The translations under genes and the position numbers were made by a program. The notes below the pieces were generated by a model. The model ran no database searches. It was not told where the DNA came from and was given only the letters and a program-made list of their open reading frames with translations. A stretch of DNA of 64,000 nt from Podarcis cretensis (lineage: Eukaryota), in assembly GCA_951804945.1 (NCBI GenBank), contig OX638151.1:48608001-48672000 (forward strand). Reading direction: 5' to 3'. Shown here piece after piece: positions 1 to 12,859 of the stretch (its first letter is position 1; every line of letters starts with the position of its first letter).

Positions 1-483
1 TTCAATAAATTAATTAATCCATCAAAACTTATTCAATTAATTAAGATATATTTAATTGGATGGCAGCCCTCATGTCAAGGGATTTATTCAAGAGACATTC
101 CTGATGGCTTGCATTCTGTGCCTGCAATGATTTCAGTTGATCACATGTACACGCACGTGTGGACATAATGTCAATCACAGCCTACAAGAACAAGTCATTC
201 ATTTTGAATTGCTTCCTGCTCCAGCGTAAAGAATCATTGCCCCACATATTCATTCCTGGCAGCTTGAGACAGAAAGAAAGAATCAAGATTCTAGTTACAT
301 AACCAGGATAAGTCAGGTCAGATCTCCAGAGCCTTCTCTCTCCTCCTCTCTTCCCACTGAGCTGCAAGCGCTGTGATATCCCCAAACTCTGAAGATACCA
401 GCAGGGTCTGTTTTTCTCCACCTCCTATTCCTCAAAGGTCCACCTAATAAGAACAATAACAAGTGTTTGGTTTTTGTGGTTTT

Positions 484-862
484 AGGGACGCAGGTGGCGC
501 AGGGACGCAGGTGGCGCTGTGGGTTAAAGCCTCAGCGCCTAGGACTTGCCGATCGAAAGGTCGGCGGTTCGAATCCCTGCGGCGGGGTGCGCTCCCGCTG
601 CTCGGTCCCAGTGCCTGCCAACCTAGCAGTTCGAAAGCACCTCCGGGTGCAAGTAGATAAATAGGGACCGCTTACCATCAGGAAGGTAAACGGCGTTTCC
701 GTGTGCGGCTCTGGCTCGCCAGAGCAGCGATGTCACGCTGGCCACGTGACCCGGAAGTGTCTCCGGACAGCGCTGGCCCCTGGCCTCTTAAGTGAGATGG
801 GCGCACAACCCCAGAGTCTGTCAAGACTGGCCCATACGGGCAGGGGTACCTTTACCTTTACC
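484..862 (+). mobile_element. Sauria SINE, full length, with duplicated 17-nt 5' end
   Basis: tRNA-like head gggacgcaggtggcgctgtgggttaaa with B box ggttcgaatcc; (ACCTTT)n tail. Confidence 0.9.
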
Positions 863-1916
863 TAGGGAACAGAAGCATTTTTACGTATGTGGCTATGAAT
901 GGGTAGGGGAAAGGCTAAAGTGAGTTGTACAAGGTGTTTATTTACTTGAGACAATTCTTGATTTTTTCAGGAAAGAGTTTCAGAATCTATTGTTCAGTGC
1001 CAGTAATTTTTAACACAACAGGGTGCAACTGTTCAACCCTAGAGAATGAGATGGCATCTTAGGCAAGGGTTAAGTTCTGGGCAGAGTGCATGCATGCAAA
1101 ATCGTGTATAGGCCAGAACCTCAGACTCCCTGGGATTGCCGCCCTCCAGTCCAGCCAGGGCCCTAGAAAACTGCCTCTCTCTTCCCCCTTTGGTAGCTCT
1201 TAAAGCTCACTGCAGGGCACTGCTTCTCTCCCACCTTCCAAATACAGATCAGGAGGTCTCCACTCCACTCGGATATTCCTTGAGAGCCTTTCTCCCTGGT
1301 TCCCCACTTGAGAGGTCTGTCCCCCAGAGGCTGCAGTCAAAAGCATAAAACTGCATCTGTGTTAAGATGCATGTAAGATGTGATCGCACTGTATACAAAG
1401 AACAGATGCATCCTCTGAGTACCAACGTTTTCATCGCCACAACAGCACCAATCACATACAAGTGGGAAGGATCAACATGATTGTCGAAATCCAAAGCTTT
1501 GCAGAGATGTAACAAATATTTAGGGAAAAAACTTAAGGGGGCAACCCCCTCCCCAAAAAACCCCAACCCAATGAGGACTGAGATGGAAGAGCCTCCATGC
1601 TTTCTTTACGGTAAAAATAAAAGCAAAGAGAGATGTGGTGAGGGACCCCTCATATCAAATCCACTTTAAGCCTGAAGGAAGAATCAGTTCCCAGTCTGAT
1701 ACTCCACAGAGTATCTAGCAATAAATGCGATACTTTGCCATGCTAGGTTGGTGAATTATGGACTTTAAAACATTATCTATAACCTTTCCAGGATTAATGA
1801 TAATCTTTATTCAGCAACATCATAGAATGATAAAGTTGGGAAGATAGTGATCTCATCTATCTGCTTTCTTCAAAACACAGAATCAATCTCTGTCCTCCCA
1901 GTGCATGCAGATAGAG

Positions 1917-2052
1917 CAGGCATAGGCAAACTCCGGCCCTCCAGATGTTTGGGACTACAATTCCTATCATCCCTAGCTAACAGGACCAGTGCTCAGGGAT
2001 GATGGGAATTGTAGTCCCAAACATCTGGAGGGCCGGAGTTTGCCTATGCCTG
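1917..2052. mobile_element. 136-bp hAT (Charlie-like) MITE
   Basis: Long near-perfect hairpin; 8-bp TSD agatagag. Confidence 0.88.
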
Positions 2053-3687
2053 AGATAGAGCATAGTGTGCCAGATCAGATGAAGCAGACTGGAATCTTCC
2101 ATCTCAGAAAATACCTGAAAAGAAATGGTTTCTGATGATTCCAAAAAGTGAGCCAAGCCAAGCCACACTTTGCAAGCAAATGCAACATTTTAGGAGTAGA
2201 CATAGAACCACAAATCTGCCATCTTAGACCACCCAGTTATGGGTGTCCAAGCACCCATAACTGTCACTGAATTTGCTTGGAGATAGAATCACTTGTTTCC
2301 CTTGCAGAACACCTGCATTTTAAATTTAGGCTTATTTTCTAAATGTTGCAGTCCTTGCAAAACGAACCAACAGCAAATACATTGTGCCCAAGAAATACAC
2401 CCAATGTTGGTCCCTTGTTGGTGATGAAATCATCCCCGAGTGGGAAAATGTTGTGATCTGTCATTAATTTCTCAGCACAGTCCCTTGACTGATCTAACTG
2501 GATTCTTGCTTTCTTCCTTCTCGTGCATTTAACATGAGCCCCACTCCCCTGCCCTCAGTTTGTTCTTGGCTTCTATTTTCATCTAGCTATTCCTTTTGTT
2601 TCCTTAATTTATTTTTATCCACATGCTGTTAAAGAATTTTCTCTTTTACGTCTGCTTTGATGTCAGCTTTTTATATTTTCTATTAAATTGTTCTTTGTTA
2701 TTTAATCATTTCCAGACTTGTTTAGCCACTTTTCTTCGCCACAATATGCTGCTCTACAGCATATGTAAAAATGGCCATGATCCAGTTTGCTGTGTGAGGG
2801 ACAGGATATGGAGGCCATATATGTGAAGCAGCCATATTCTGCAAGCCACTAGAAAAGAGATGTGTGGCGATGAGTGAGGCTTCTCTGTTCCTCCTCTTTT
2901 CTGTCACTTTTAGTTCCTGCTCAGCACTGTCAATCACAAGCTCAGCCAAAGCCCTCTGCTTCTTTCCATGTGGCACAGAAGAACACAGTGCCCATTCTTC
3001 GAATAGACTCTTGCTCTTGGAATAAGTGTCCTGAGATGGGTACCTAGATCAGTAGATGACCCCATGTAGCAAATGTAATGCTCATGGTGCAAGACACAAT
3101 TTAATTTCAACAACAGGACACTGCTGAATGAACTGGTGTAGATGATCCATGAGTCTTCTCCCGGGGTGAGGGGTGTGGGGTTTTTTTGTGGGAGCAGGAG
3201 ATGGAGACAAAGCTGTTTGTCCTACATAGAAAGCTAATTTCTATCCTGTTGGAGACTGTGCAAGTGAATGAGCCTTTAATGTCTGGGCAGATGTTGGGTC
3301 ATTTATCAGCACTGCTGAAGTATAGATGGGGACAGAGTTGGCAAATTAATTTGTTGCAGGGTCTGATTCTTCTGTTCCCACTCTCTCTCATAGGTTTGTT
3401 TGTTTGCTGTTGTCATTGCTAGTATTTACCTGTTTTATTTATGGATCAGCGTGTAAATAAGTCCATGCCTCATGCCCAAAACTTGTAAGGAATGACATAT
3501 CATTGTCCAGGACAGGCTTTAGATCCTTGATGATATGTTGGAGTGGAGTTGAAGGAGACAGCCAGTAGTGTGGTCCCCCCCCTCTTTGTTTTATGTTTCT
3601 GTCCCATGGTAGATTATTCCTAGGTTCCAGCCTGACCTTATTGAGCTGTTTTGTCACTTTATTGGGTGAGTACTATAGTTTAATAAA

Positions 3688-4022
3688 GACACGGGTGGCG
3701 CGGTGGTCTAAACCACAGAGCCTCTTGGGCTTGCCGATCAGAAGGTCAGTGGTTTGAATCCCCGCGATGGGGTGAGCTCCTGTTGCTCGGTCCCTGCTCC
3801 TGCCAACCTAGCAGTTCAAAAGCACGTCAGAGTGCAAGTGGATAAATAGGTACCGCTCCGGCAGGTAGGTAAATGGCATTTCTGTGTGCTGCTCTGGTTT
3901 TGCCAGAAGCAGCCTGTCTGTGGACAAACGCTGGCTCCCTTGGCCTATAAAATAAGATGAGCACCGCAACCCCAGAGTCGTCCGCGACTGGACCTAACGG
4001 TCAGGGGTACCTTTACCTTTAC
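3688..4022 (+). mobile_element. Sauria SINE
   Basis: Same head, body and tail as the other copies; 15-bp TSD ctatagtttaataaa (3673-3687 / 4023-4037). Confidence 0.9.
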
Positions 4023-4787
4023 CTATAGTTTAATAAAAGCCCAATGTCAGTCTTCAGTCCAATGAGCTGGAACAAATGTATTGTATTGGGGGGCTTTCAC
4101 AGGCAACACTGTTATAGGATTGTGCTTAATCCAGTAAGTGCTGGCTGGTGTTGTAACTAGGCAGTGTTTTCCTCAGGAATTGAAACTGGGAGCAGAGGAG
4201 ATGTTGGCTTTTCAAGGCAGTGAGACCCTCCACCCTTACTGAACATGGACTCAGGGTATGGGGCACCATAGTAAGAAATGTTTCACAGTCATGGCCGTTT
4301 TGCTAGATTTCACATACTTCTGTCTTCTTCCCATTGATGGCTACATCTTGGCTCAGATTCCTGTTTCATTTCTCTGGGAGTGAAGAACATTCTCCCCCCA
4401 TTTGCATGTACCCCCCATTTGCAGGATTACATCTGGGAACTATTTGTAAATATCTATGTTCTTAGTGCTTTCTTGAAGATGAACATATTGCTTCCTCACA
4501 GTTCCTCAGACGTTGCTTTGGGACATGATCATCACCTGCTATCACTTCGACACTGGCAAAATTACATGTCAAATTCAATTTTGGTTCAACATTTTCAAGA
4601 AAAACCTAAATGTCACTGTTTTCAGCTATAAAAGACTGCATCTAACTAGTTAAACTTGGGTAGGGGGAAGCTGAGCAGAAAATTTTGGGGGAGGGGAGGG
4701 GGAAGCAAACTTGTTACTGAGATAGTATCTTTAGCAGGACAATGTGACAAGGGTGACAAATAGACTAGGGCTGAGTCCTGGGGATTA

Positions 4788-5688
4788 CCGTATTTTTCGC
4801 TCCATAAGGTGCACCTGACCATAAGGCGCACCTAGTTTTTAGAGGGGGGATTCAAGGAAAAAAAATTATTTAAAGGGAGCTCTGAGCAGAGCCTGTATGC
4901 ATCCCAGGCTCTGCTCAGCGCTCCCTTTCACAAGCCGCGTGAAGTGTGTGTGTGGCTCTTGGGGGCTTTTCCCCCAGGAGGGAGAAGGGCAGCCCACTCT
5001 GCATGGCTCTTTAAAGGGAGCGCTGAGCGGGGCTCTTGGGGGCTTTTGTGGGAGGTGGGGGAAGTGAGAGAGTCTCGCTCTGTCACTTCCCCCTCCTCCC
5101 GCAAGAGCCACGTGCTCGGCTATCCCTGGCTTTTGCGGGAGGTGGGGGAAGGGGCAGAGCCGCGTGAAGCCTCCGCAGGGCAGCGGGATGAAGGCTCCCC
5201 GCTTTGCGCCACTAAGGCAAAAGCGAAAACAGCTAGAGGGAGTGCTGCGCAGCGCTCTCTCTAGCTGTTCTGGCTTCTGGGGTAGCTCGCGAAGCCTCCG
5301 CAGGGCAGCGGGGAGCCTTTATCCCACTGCCCTGCGGAGGCTTCACGGGCTACCCCAGAGCTGCTCAGGAGCTTGGCGGGGCTGGCAGGGGAAGCCTGGG
5401 TTCCCCAGCCCCAACAAGCTATGGGAGTATTCCCCACCTCCCGCAAAAGCCCGCAGGTGCCGCGCACCCTTTAAGAAGCGCGAGGCTCCTGTGGGCTTTT
5501 CTACGAGGAGGGAGAAGGGACTGACACGGTCCTGGGGGAAAGCCCGCAAGAGTCGCACAGAGCTTCTGTGCGGCTCTTGGGGGCTTTTCCCACCTGCCTC
5601 CCCCCTGCATTAGCTCCATAAGATGCACACACATTTCCCCTTACTTTTTAGGAGGGAAAAAGTCTGTCTTATGGAGCGAAAAATACGG
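4788..5688. mobile_element. Tc1/mariner (Tc2/pogo-like) MITE with GC-rich repetitive interior
   Basis: Perfect 21-bp TIR CCGTATTTTTCGCTCCATAAG with TA on both sides. Confidence 0.85.
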
Positions 5689-7461
5689 TACTTCATCTTT
5701 TCACACACATTCATGTTTTCTGCCTATATTGCCAGAGTGAAGCGGGAAGCTGCCACACAGAGGTAGCTCTCACACCACCTATATATGAATTGGCCTTATA
5801 CGAAGAGACTTTCATTATGAGCAATGGGAAGCTCTATGGCTGTTCCCCATTTACCTAGCACAGAGTGTTAAATTGGCTGTTGGTACCATGGAAGATCAAG
5901 CCAACTTAAACAGGTTTGGGCTGCTGATCTTCACTGTGATACTGTGAGTTTTCCTGCTATAAGCACTGCCATCATATTTTTATTTACAAAGCTCCTTAGA
6001 TGACTAAGTACCACACTATAAAAAAATTAAAATATAAATCCACGCCCACAGGCTCACAGTCTAAAACCGACTGATAAAATAGGTAAAGTAAGGGAGTGAC
6101 TGCGGAAAAGAGGCAAGAGAAAGGTGTCTTCTGTAAACATACATCACACATCGAAAGGAAACAAAGTCTCATTGTGGTACCTACTGAATTGTTCCATCTG
6201 TCTTGCCTCTTAGTAAGTGGCCACTATATAAACCAAACTCTGAACACTTCTTTGTTCCCTTAAAAAACAGCATCAGCCTTGAATCCAAGAGTCCCACGTT
6301 AGCATGTGTTCCTTCCCTTCCCCAGTATGGAGGCTGCTCTTTCCCCCTTATTTTTACAGCTGCTCAAATTATTACATCCTATAGGTAGGAGGAGTGAGAA
6401 GGAAATGGCAGTAAATCTCATTTAATGTGTGGACACTTGAAAGCTTCGGCTGTATGTTCAAAACCTGACCTTTCCCCGGCTTGCAAAGAAACCCCGAACA
6501 GAACAGTAGCGCTAGAATTATGCCTTTTATTATTTTGTCTCTTCTAAAAGTAACAAATTCAGCAGTGCAATAAGGTGATTTCTTTCTTTCTTACGGGTTT
6601 GCTGAACCCCACGGAACAGTAGGCTGCTGCCCAAGCTCTGCATCGTGAGTGTGATGCCTCTCAGCTGTGGAGCTGCCACCAGGAATCTTGCACTCTTCCT
6701 TTTCAAGCCTCTTTCTTGCTTCTCTCCTTCTTCCTGTTTCTAGTCTGTCCTTTCAAAAAGCATCTGTCAGTTTCTATTTTGGGGAATGGCACAGCTTGTG
6801 TTTGCTCTGGGGGTCTCCAGTGAATTGCTGCATAGTGTAACTAAATCAGTTAAGTGTCTCTAAAGAGGTTAGGATAGAGCTGCCAGTTTTCCGTGCGTCG
6901 CAGTCCCAGCTTTCTCGCTATATTGAGGAGAAAACTGTAACAGGCCTCCAGCTGTTCAGGCATGCCCCAAACATTCTCCCAGTAATTATGATCTCGAAAA
7001 CAGACACTCAGAATGGTGCACTCTTAGGCAAAAGTGGACGTGAAGCCTTTTACTTCTCCTTTTTCCACAAAGTTGACATTTGTTTTGTTCCGTTTTCCTG
7101 CTTTCCTCCCTGTGTTAGCAAAGTGGAGCAAAATTGCTGTGGCCAAGGTGGATCGCTCCTTGGGGCCAATTCAGAGTACCTCTTTCCTGGATTGTCTTTC
7201 GGCTCTGTCTTCCTGAATTGCATGGATACATGGTACATTGGCCAGATGCACACATTCAACATAGGAAGCTGCCTTAAACTGAGTCAGGCCAATGGACCAT
7301 TTTGCTCAGCATTGTCTACTCTATCTGGCAGCAGTGGCTGTCCAGGGTTTCTAGCAGGGGAACTTCCCAGCCTTACCTGGTGATTCCAGGGATCACACCT
7401 GGGCCTTCCAAGCCCCCATGCTTGACTCTTGTATGCTCAGCACTGAAACCACATGGGAAGC

Positions 7462-9591
7462 TGACTTCCGGGTTAGTGCCATCGGCAATGGCGGAATTCC
7501 TCTGATCCAGAGGAACCCGCTCCGCGAAAATTGGGTCTTGCCGCCGCGGCGAAGGTGGAGACCCTTTAAAAATCCCAGGCGGAGGAAGCCTGGGAACGTG
7601 GGATTCGGCTGACACCAGGAGCGCCCCCCCCTACACGCAAGGAAACCCCTTTTTCGGGGACCTGAAGCGACGTGGGATGAGCGGTGCGGTGTTTTGAATC
7701 AACCGCTATTTTTACGGAGTGAAGCCGCACAGCCATTGCCGGAGAGCGCTGACTTTTTCCTGGGGACAATTGGACTCTAAACAAGTACCCGTGAGTAGAA
7801 CGGAAAATTGGGCTAAGAAACACTTTAATTTGGCACTCAGTGGGAAGGTCCTAAACAGGAAGTCCGCCTTCCGCTTTTGTAAATAGTCTGAAGCAAAAAT
7901 CGTGCAAGCCAAAGTCTGGAAAGTTGTACATAAAGGTTTTAAATTCCTCCTGTTTTGATCATCTAAACCCCTCTTGGAAGCAGGAGTAAAGAGGGAAAAT
8001 TTGACTGTTCAAGCCTGCAGGAGAGAGAGTAAAGAAAGATAAATTTCCACCGTCTCAAACCTGGGAACGGGGTGTCAGAGACAGAGATTTTTGGTGAAGT
8101 TCATTGACTGTGAATGGAACATCTTTTGACAGTTAGTTGAAGAAGAGAAACAAATTAATTCCAATGTTGCCTTTTGCATTTAAAAGAAACAAAAAATCTG
8201 AAAAATGAAAGTAATTTTTTTTTGTTGGATCTGCTTTTAAAAGATGGATACAAATAGAAATTGCCTCCTCTAGAGGGAGCTTGTTAAATTGTTGCTGGAG
8301 TCATTCTGGGGATTTTACAGCTGTGGAGATTAGGATCGTGGGACCAGACTGTGACCTTGAACAAAAATGTGTTTGGAAGAAGTTTTGGTGCTTGCTTTTT
8401 GCAAGACAAGCACTTTGTTGGAGCAGATGCATGAGAAGATGGATTTGATGACTGTCGCAGTCAGAAACTTTGGACAAACAGTGAATATGTATACAAAAAC
8501 CATCCAGGAGCCAACTCAGGAATCTGTTTTGATAGAGCAAGTGCAAACGCAGAAGATAATGGAGGAGGCTGCTGTTGAACTTCAAGTAACACAAATAGAG
8601 AGGCCCGAGGCCCTACAGGAGCATAAGCTATTGTTGTTGAAGGCTGAATTTGAAGTGGGCCGGGGGGGTCTGGAGTTGTGGGGCCCCTTAAGTTTGGAGG
8701 GACTTTGAAACATGCTTTTAAATATTTTCTGGACTACACTGTTGACTGTGGGGAATGGGACTATGGGGAATGGGCTGATCTGCTGAGGAGAGATGGAGAT
8801 ATTTTTGAGTTGGAACATCCCCGAGACCTACTCCTCAATGAGAAAGGAAAGAAATTAAGAAAGAGATCTACAAAAGACAAGGTAAAGTGCAAGTACAAAC
8901 AAGAAGAAGACCTGCAGAAGGGACATGGAAAAGATTTAAGAGCCTCGGATATAAGATTACCAGGTTGATGGACTAGATGGAATGGACAGTAAGGACTGAC
9001 ATAACCCGAGACCAGGAAGAAGAGACGCTGGAGGAAGATTGGAAGAAAACTTTTAAAAATTTATTTTGGGAATTAGTGTAAAATTAATGAGTATTAGGAA
9101 ATATGTTGGAATGAAAATATTTGGCTTTAGCAGAAATGTTATAAGGAATTATGTATAAATAAATATTAAGTTTTAAGTCTTAAGGTATTTTTGGGAAGAT
9201 AAGGTTAAAATAAACTAAGGTAAACTGAATGACAGAATATAGTGAAAGATGGAAAGGATTTGCTGAGTTAATTAATAGGTTAGACTGTTAAGACAAACTA
9301 TTTAAAAAAATTGAGAAGGATGGAAAGAATTTGCTGAAATAAATAACTAAACTAGAATACAAAAAGGTAGGTGTGAGGAGGTTGATGAAACAAGTTAATG
9401 AAAGATAAAGATATGGAATATTGTGGTTTTTATTGTTATTGTTGTATTGATTTTTATGTTTTTTTTCTTTTTTTCCTTTTTTAAGTATTGTTATATATGC
9501 TTTGAAAATTTTCTTTTGTTGTTGTTGCTTTCTTCTTTTTTCTTTCTCTGTAATTTTTGAAACTTCTAATAAATATCATTTTTAAAAAAAA
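7462..9591 (+). mobile_element. Internally deleted L1-type element (5' UTR + ORF1 remnant + ORF2 tip + 3' UTR/poly(A)), copy 1
   Basis: 17-bp TSD gaaaccacatgggaagc (7445-7461 / 9592-9608); starts GACTTCCGGGTT; CpG-rich 5' UTR; coiled-coil ORF1-like frames 8367-8968; AATAAA followed by an A tail. Confidence 0.82.
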
Positions 9592-11979
9592 GAAACCACA
9601 TGGGAAGCCAGGTATCTGTACTGTCTGCACCATCTAGCCATGGAAATATGAAAACCTTTGCCATGCTTCTTCGTGGTTAACATCTTACCATGTGATGGCC
9701 AAAAGAAGTGTCATGCTACTACCACAGTGACTCAGAAATCCAGGAAAGTAGAGGGCAATGGCAATCCTCACTGAGCAGCTACAACAGGGAAACCTTTTTT
9801 CAGTTCAAGGGTCTAAAAGGTTACGCCAGGGCTACATGCAAGTGGTGGGCAAGGCAAGAGGCAAAAATTGGCACAGCAATGGATACAACTCTTACCTTTG
9901 TACAGTAGGCATGCAAGTCGGATGTTTCTACAGACATTGAGCCCACACAATAAGATGTCACCTAGGTACTATAATTTAAACATGAAGCTTTAGTATATGA
10001 GACGTACAGCTTCTGACAGGCCAAATGGCATGGCTCCATACTGATAATGCCACCCCTGTTGTGTGAACCAAAGGTACTGCATTTGAAGGCCTGGGCATCT
10101 GGTTCTTGCCTGGGCCCCTTGTGAGGCACTGCTTCTCTCCCTGCTACACTCTGGCCTCTGCAGGTCACGTGAGTCACCCCAGCCATCGAGAAGAAGTGCT
10201 AGTGAGCAACTTCTAGCTGCTGGTGGGCACCTTCAGGGTCCCTGGACTCTCTTCGTAGGGTTATCTTTAAACTGGACTGGGACTGGACACTGAAATAGAG
10301 GGCTGCCCTCTGCAAAGTGAGGCATGCGGCTGCCCTTTTCCTCCCCAGATAACCACAACTGTCTCCCATATTCTGTTGACTTAAATATCTGAGTTTTTAT
10401 CTGACATAGGACTAGATTTTTCTTTCTTCTCATCTATTTGGAGTGGCCTAAAATGAGCCTTGGGGAACAAGAATTACATTTTGGCTAGTGAAATAAAAAC
10501 GGGATGCACGGTATCGCCACAAGAAAACAAACATACTGATAAAATGATGTGATTACATACATGCTGAACCTTTTCTGATCGGCCTTCACAGGCATTTAAA
10601 GAGGAAGAGGAAGCAGTGAAGTCATTTTAACAATTTAGCAGAGTCTTTCAGAATTAGTTAGCTCCCTGCTGAAGAGACTCTCACAATTTTCACATGCTCC
10701 TCTGGGCAAGCTCCAGAGGACCTGCACTCGGTTTGTGAGGAATAAGGCCACTCAGGAAGAAATTCAATTACTGAGCTAATTATCACCCTGGCTGAGTGGT
10801 AAGAACAAAATTTTAAGTAAGAAGCCACTGGAGAAAAGCTCCCATTGCCCAGTAGTCTCAAAAGTTCATTTTTAAAAGAGATCCTAGCTGACAGCTGAAA
10901 GCCCAAGGGTGAATGTGCAGCTGAGTCTGGGATACAGGATATTAGAATTTTAATACTGTACAGATTCTTGGAGCTTTTATCAAGTTGCAGCAATTCAGCT
11001 GCCATAATTGTGTGGAGATTTTAAAGTCCAAAATAGACTTTGCGGATGTCCCTTGGCTAAATTACTTCTGATTTCCACAACTTTAGGAGTGAAATAGTTT
11101 CTCTGTACTTTGGTTTTGCAACAGCTGTGTCATTTTAAACAGTTTTGAGAAGGCTGGGCTTGTGATGCTTAGTTAAAGAGGCAGATAAGAGCAACGTTCT
11201 AGGGTTATCTCATGTGTTATTCTAAAACTTTACAAAGCAGTTGTGTGAAACTCTTTGGGCCAACACAGATGAATCTGCCAGGAGGAAAAACATGCTGTTT
11301 CTAATGGGTTTATGGTGGTATCTCTTTTGTTTCAGGAAAGCTACCCTATATATATTGGATTTCCAATGATGTGGGAAGCAAGACTATCAAATCTTTATAG
11401 ACAGAAACTTCAGATTGGCCATACCAGCATTTTAACCATCTCCTCTATATATGTGTGTGTAAAAGTTTATAAAGTAGTACAGAGCTCTGGATAATCCAGT
11501 ACTGTTTTTTTGGCAGCACATTCAAAATGCCCATGTCTTTTTCCTTCATGAATTGATGTGTCTTTATACAGAGGGTGTTTTAAAAGATGGTTTGTTTGGA
11601 GCAGATAGATATTTATTGTTTGAATGTGGAAAGCTGGGAATACATTTATTTCAAACTTACCCACATTAAGTTATGAGGAATATTTTGAAGATGCAGGTGT
11701 CAATAGCATAATTGTGGTCAGTATGAGATCTAGTGTTTTTGATGGTTCATTGCTTAAAATAGCTCGCTTTCTGGAACTGCCATCTGAAAGAACAAGGAAT
11801 TCAGTCAGCACAGAAAGCCAGCACTGTTGGTTGATGTTAGAAGAATTTGGGTTGTGTGCAAATGAAACACTGCACAATAATATTTTATGTGGACAAATTA
11901 AGCCAGATCAGGAATCAATCACTTGTACAGAATAGAAATAGAAGACAGGGATAAACTGTAGGTATCTGTTTATTTCCAG

Positions 11980-12038
11980 CACAAAACGAGTGGACCATTC
12001 CAACACGAGACTGGCACTTCAGATTGAAAAGGGTGCAG
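11980..12038 (+). CDS. PCNX2: PCNX2 coding exon (first in window); TKRVDHSNTRLALQIEKGA(G)
   Basis: tttccag|C acceptor and G|gtaggg donor; 59 nt. The peptide matches the pecanex RVDHSNTRL motif and joins the next exon in phase 1. Earlier exons were not found in the window. Confidence 0.9.
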
Positions 12039-12723
12039 GTAGGGGACAGAATTTATTTTGCTCAAATTTATAATGACTGATTGTTCAAAATACTGGATGT
12101 AATTGGGTTGGATCCAGGGAGACAACAGTAAATGAAATTCTGGCAGTGGTGCAAAATGTTGTGGAAGATCTGTCAGAAGATTTTGCACAACACGGACTGG
12201 GCACAAGCATCTTGAAATTGTGTAAAACCTTGTGCACTAAGGGAAACTTTCAGTCCTGTTTTGTCACATTAGAAACTTGTTCTAAGTTGGAAAAAGCCTT
12301 TCTTCCTCTGAAAGAGACGGTCCACTTTCAGAAGGGAACCTCTGGATCCAACCCATTCTGTTTGTAGTTCAAAGCATAATAATATTCTAATAGAAAGGGT
12401 TATTTCAGATTTTGAAATATTCGTGCTTTAAATAAGATTTTTGATGAATTTGTTTTCATTTTGTAAGATTTATTTATTTATTATTATTATTATTAAAAAG
12501 GGTTATCAAGCTGCAAATAAGCCTATTCACAGAAAACATTTTGGATGAGTATGTATAGTGTCATAGCCATCTATCAATTTTGCTGGTGCAGGGAAATCCT
12601 ATACTGATGTTATCTCTGTGCATCACCCCCTCACACCAAAATCAAGCTTGTGCCTAATCTTGATGCCTTAGAGTACATCCTTATGAAGCTACAGGTGCTC
12701 AGTGAAGTGCAGTAACTCTAGAG

Positions 12724-12859
12724 CAGGGTTTCCCATACCTGGGTCTTTAGCTATTATTGGACTACAACTCCCATCATCCCTAGCTAACAGGACCAGTGGT
12801 CAGAGATGACGGGAATTGTAGTCCAAAAACAGCTGGAGACCCAAATTTGGGAAATCCTG
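12724..12859. mobile_element. 136-bp hAT MITE (same core, different arms)
   Basis: TIR cagggtttccca / tgggaaatcctg; 8-bp TSD ctctagag. Confidence 0.85.

Noticed and set aside
4866-5634. Several 70-150 aa ORFs
   Set aside because: Stop-poor GC-rich MITE interior; no recognisable protein.
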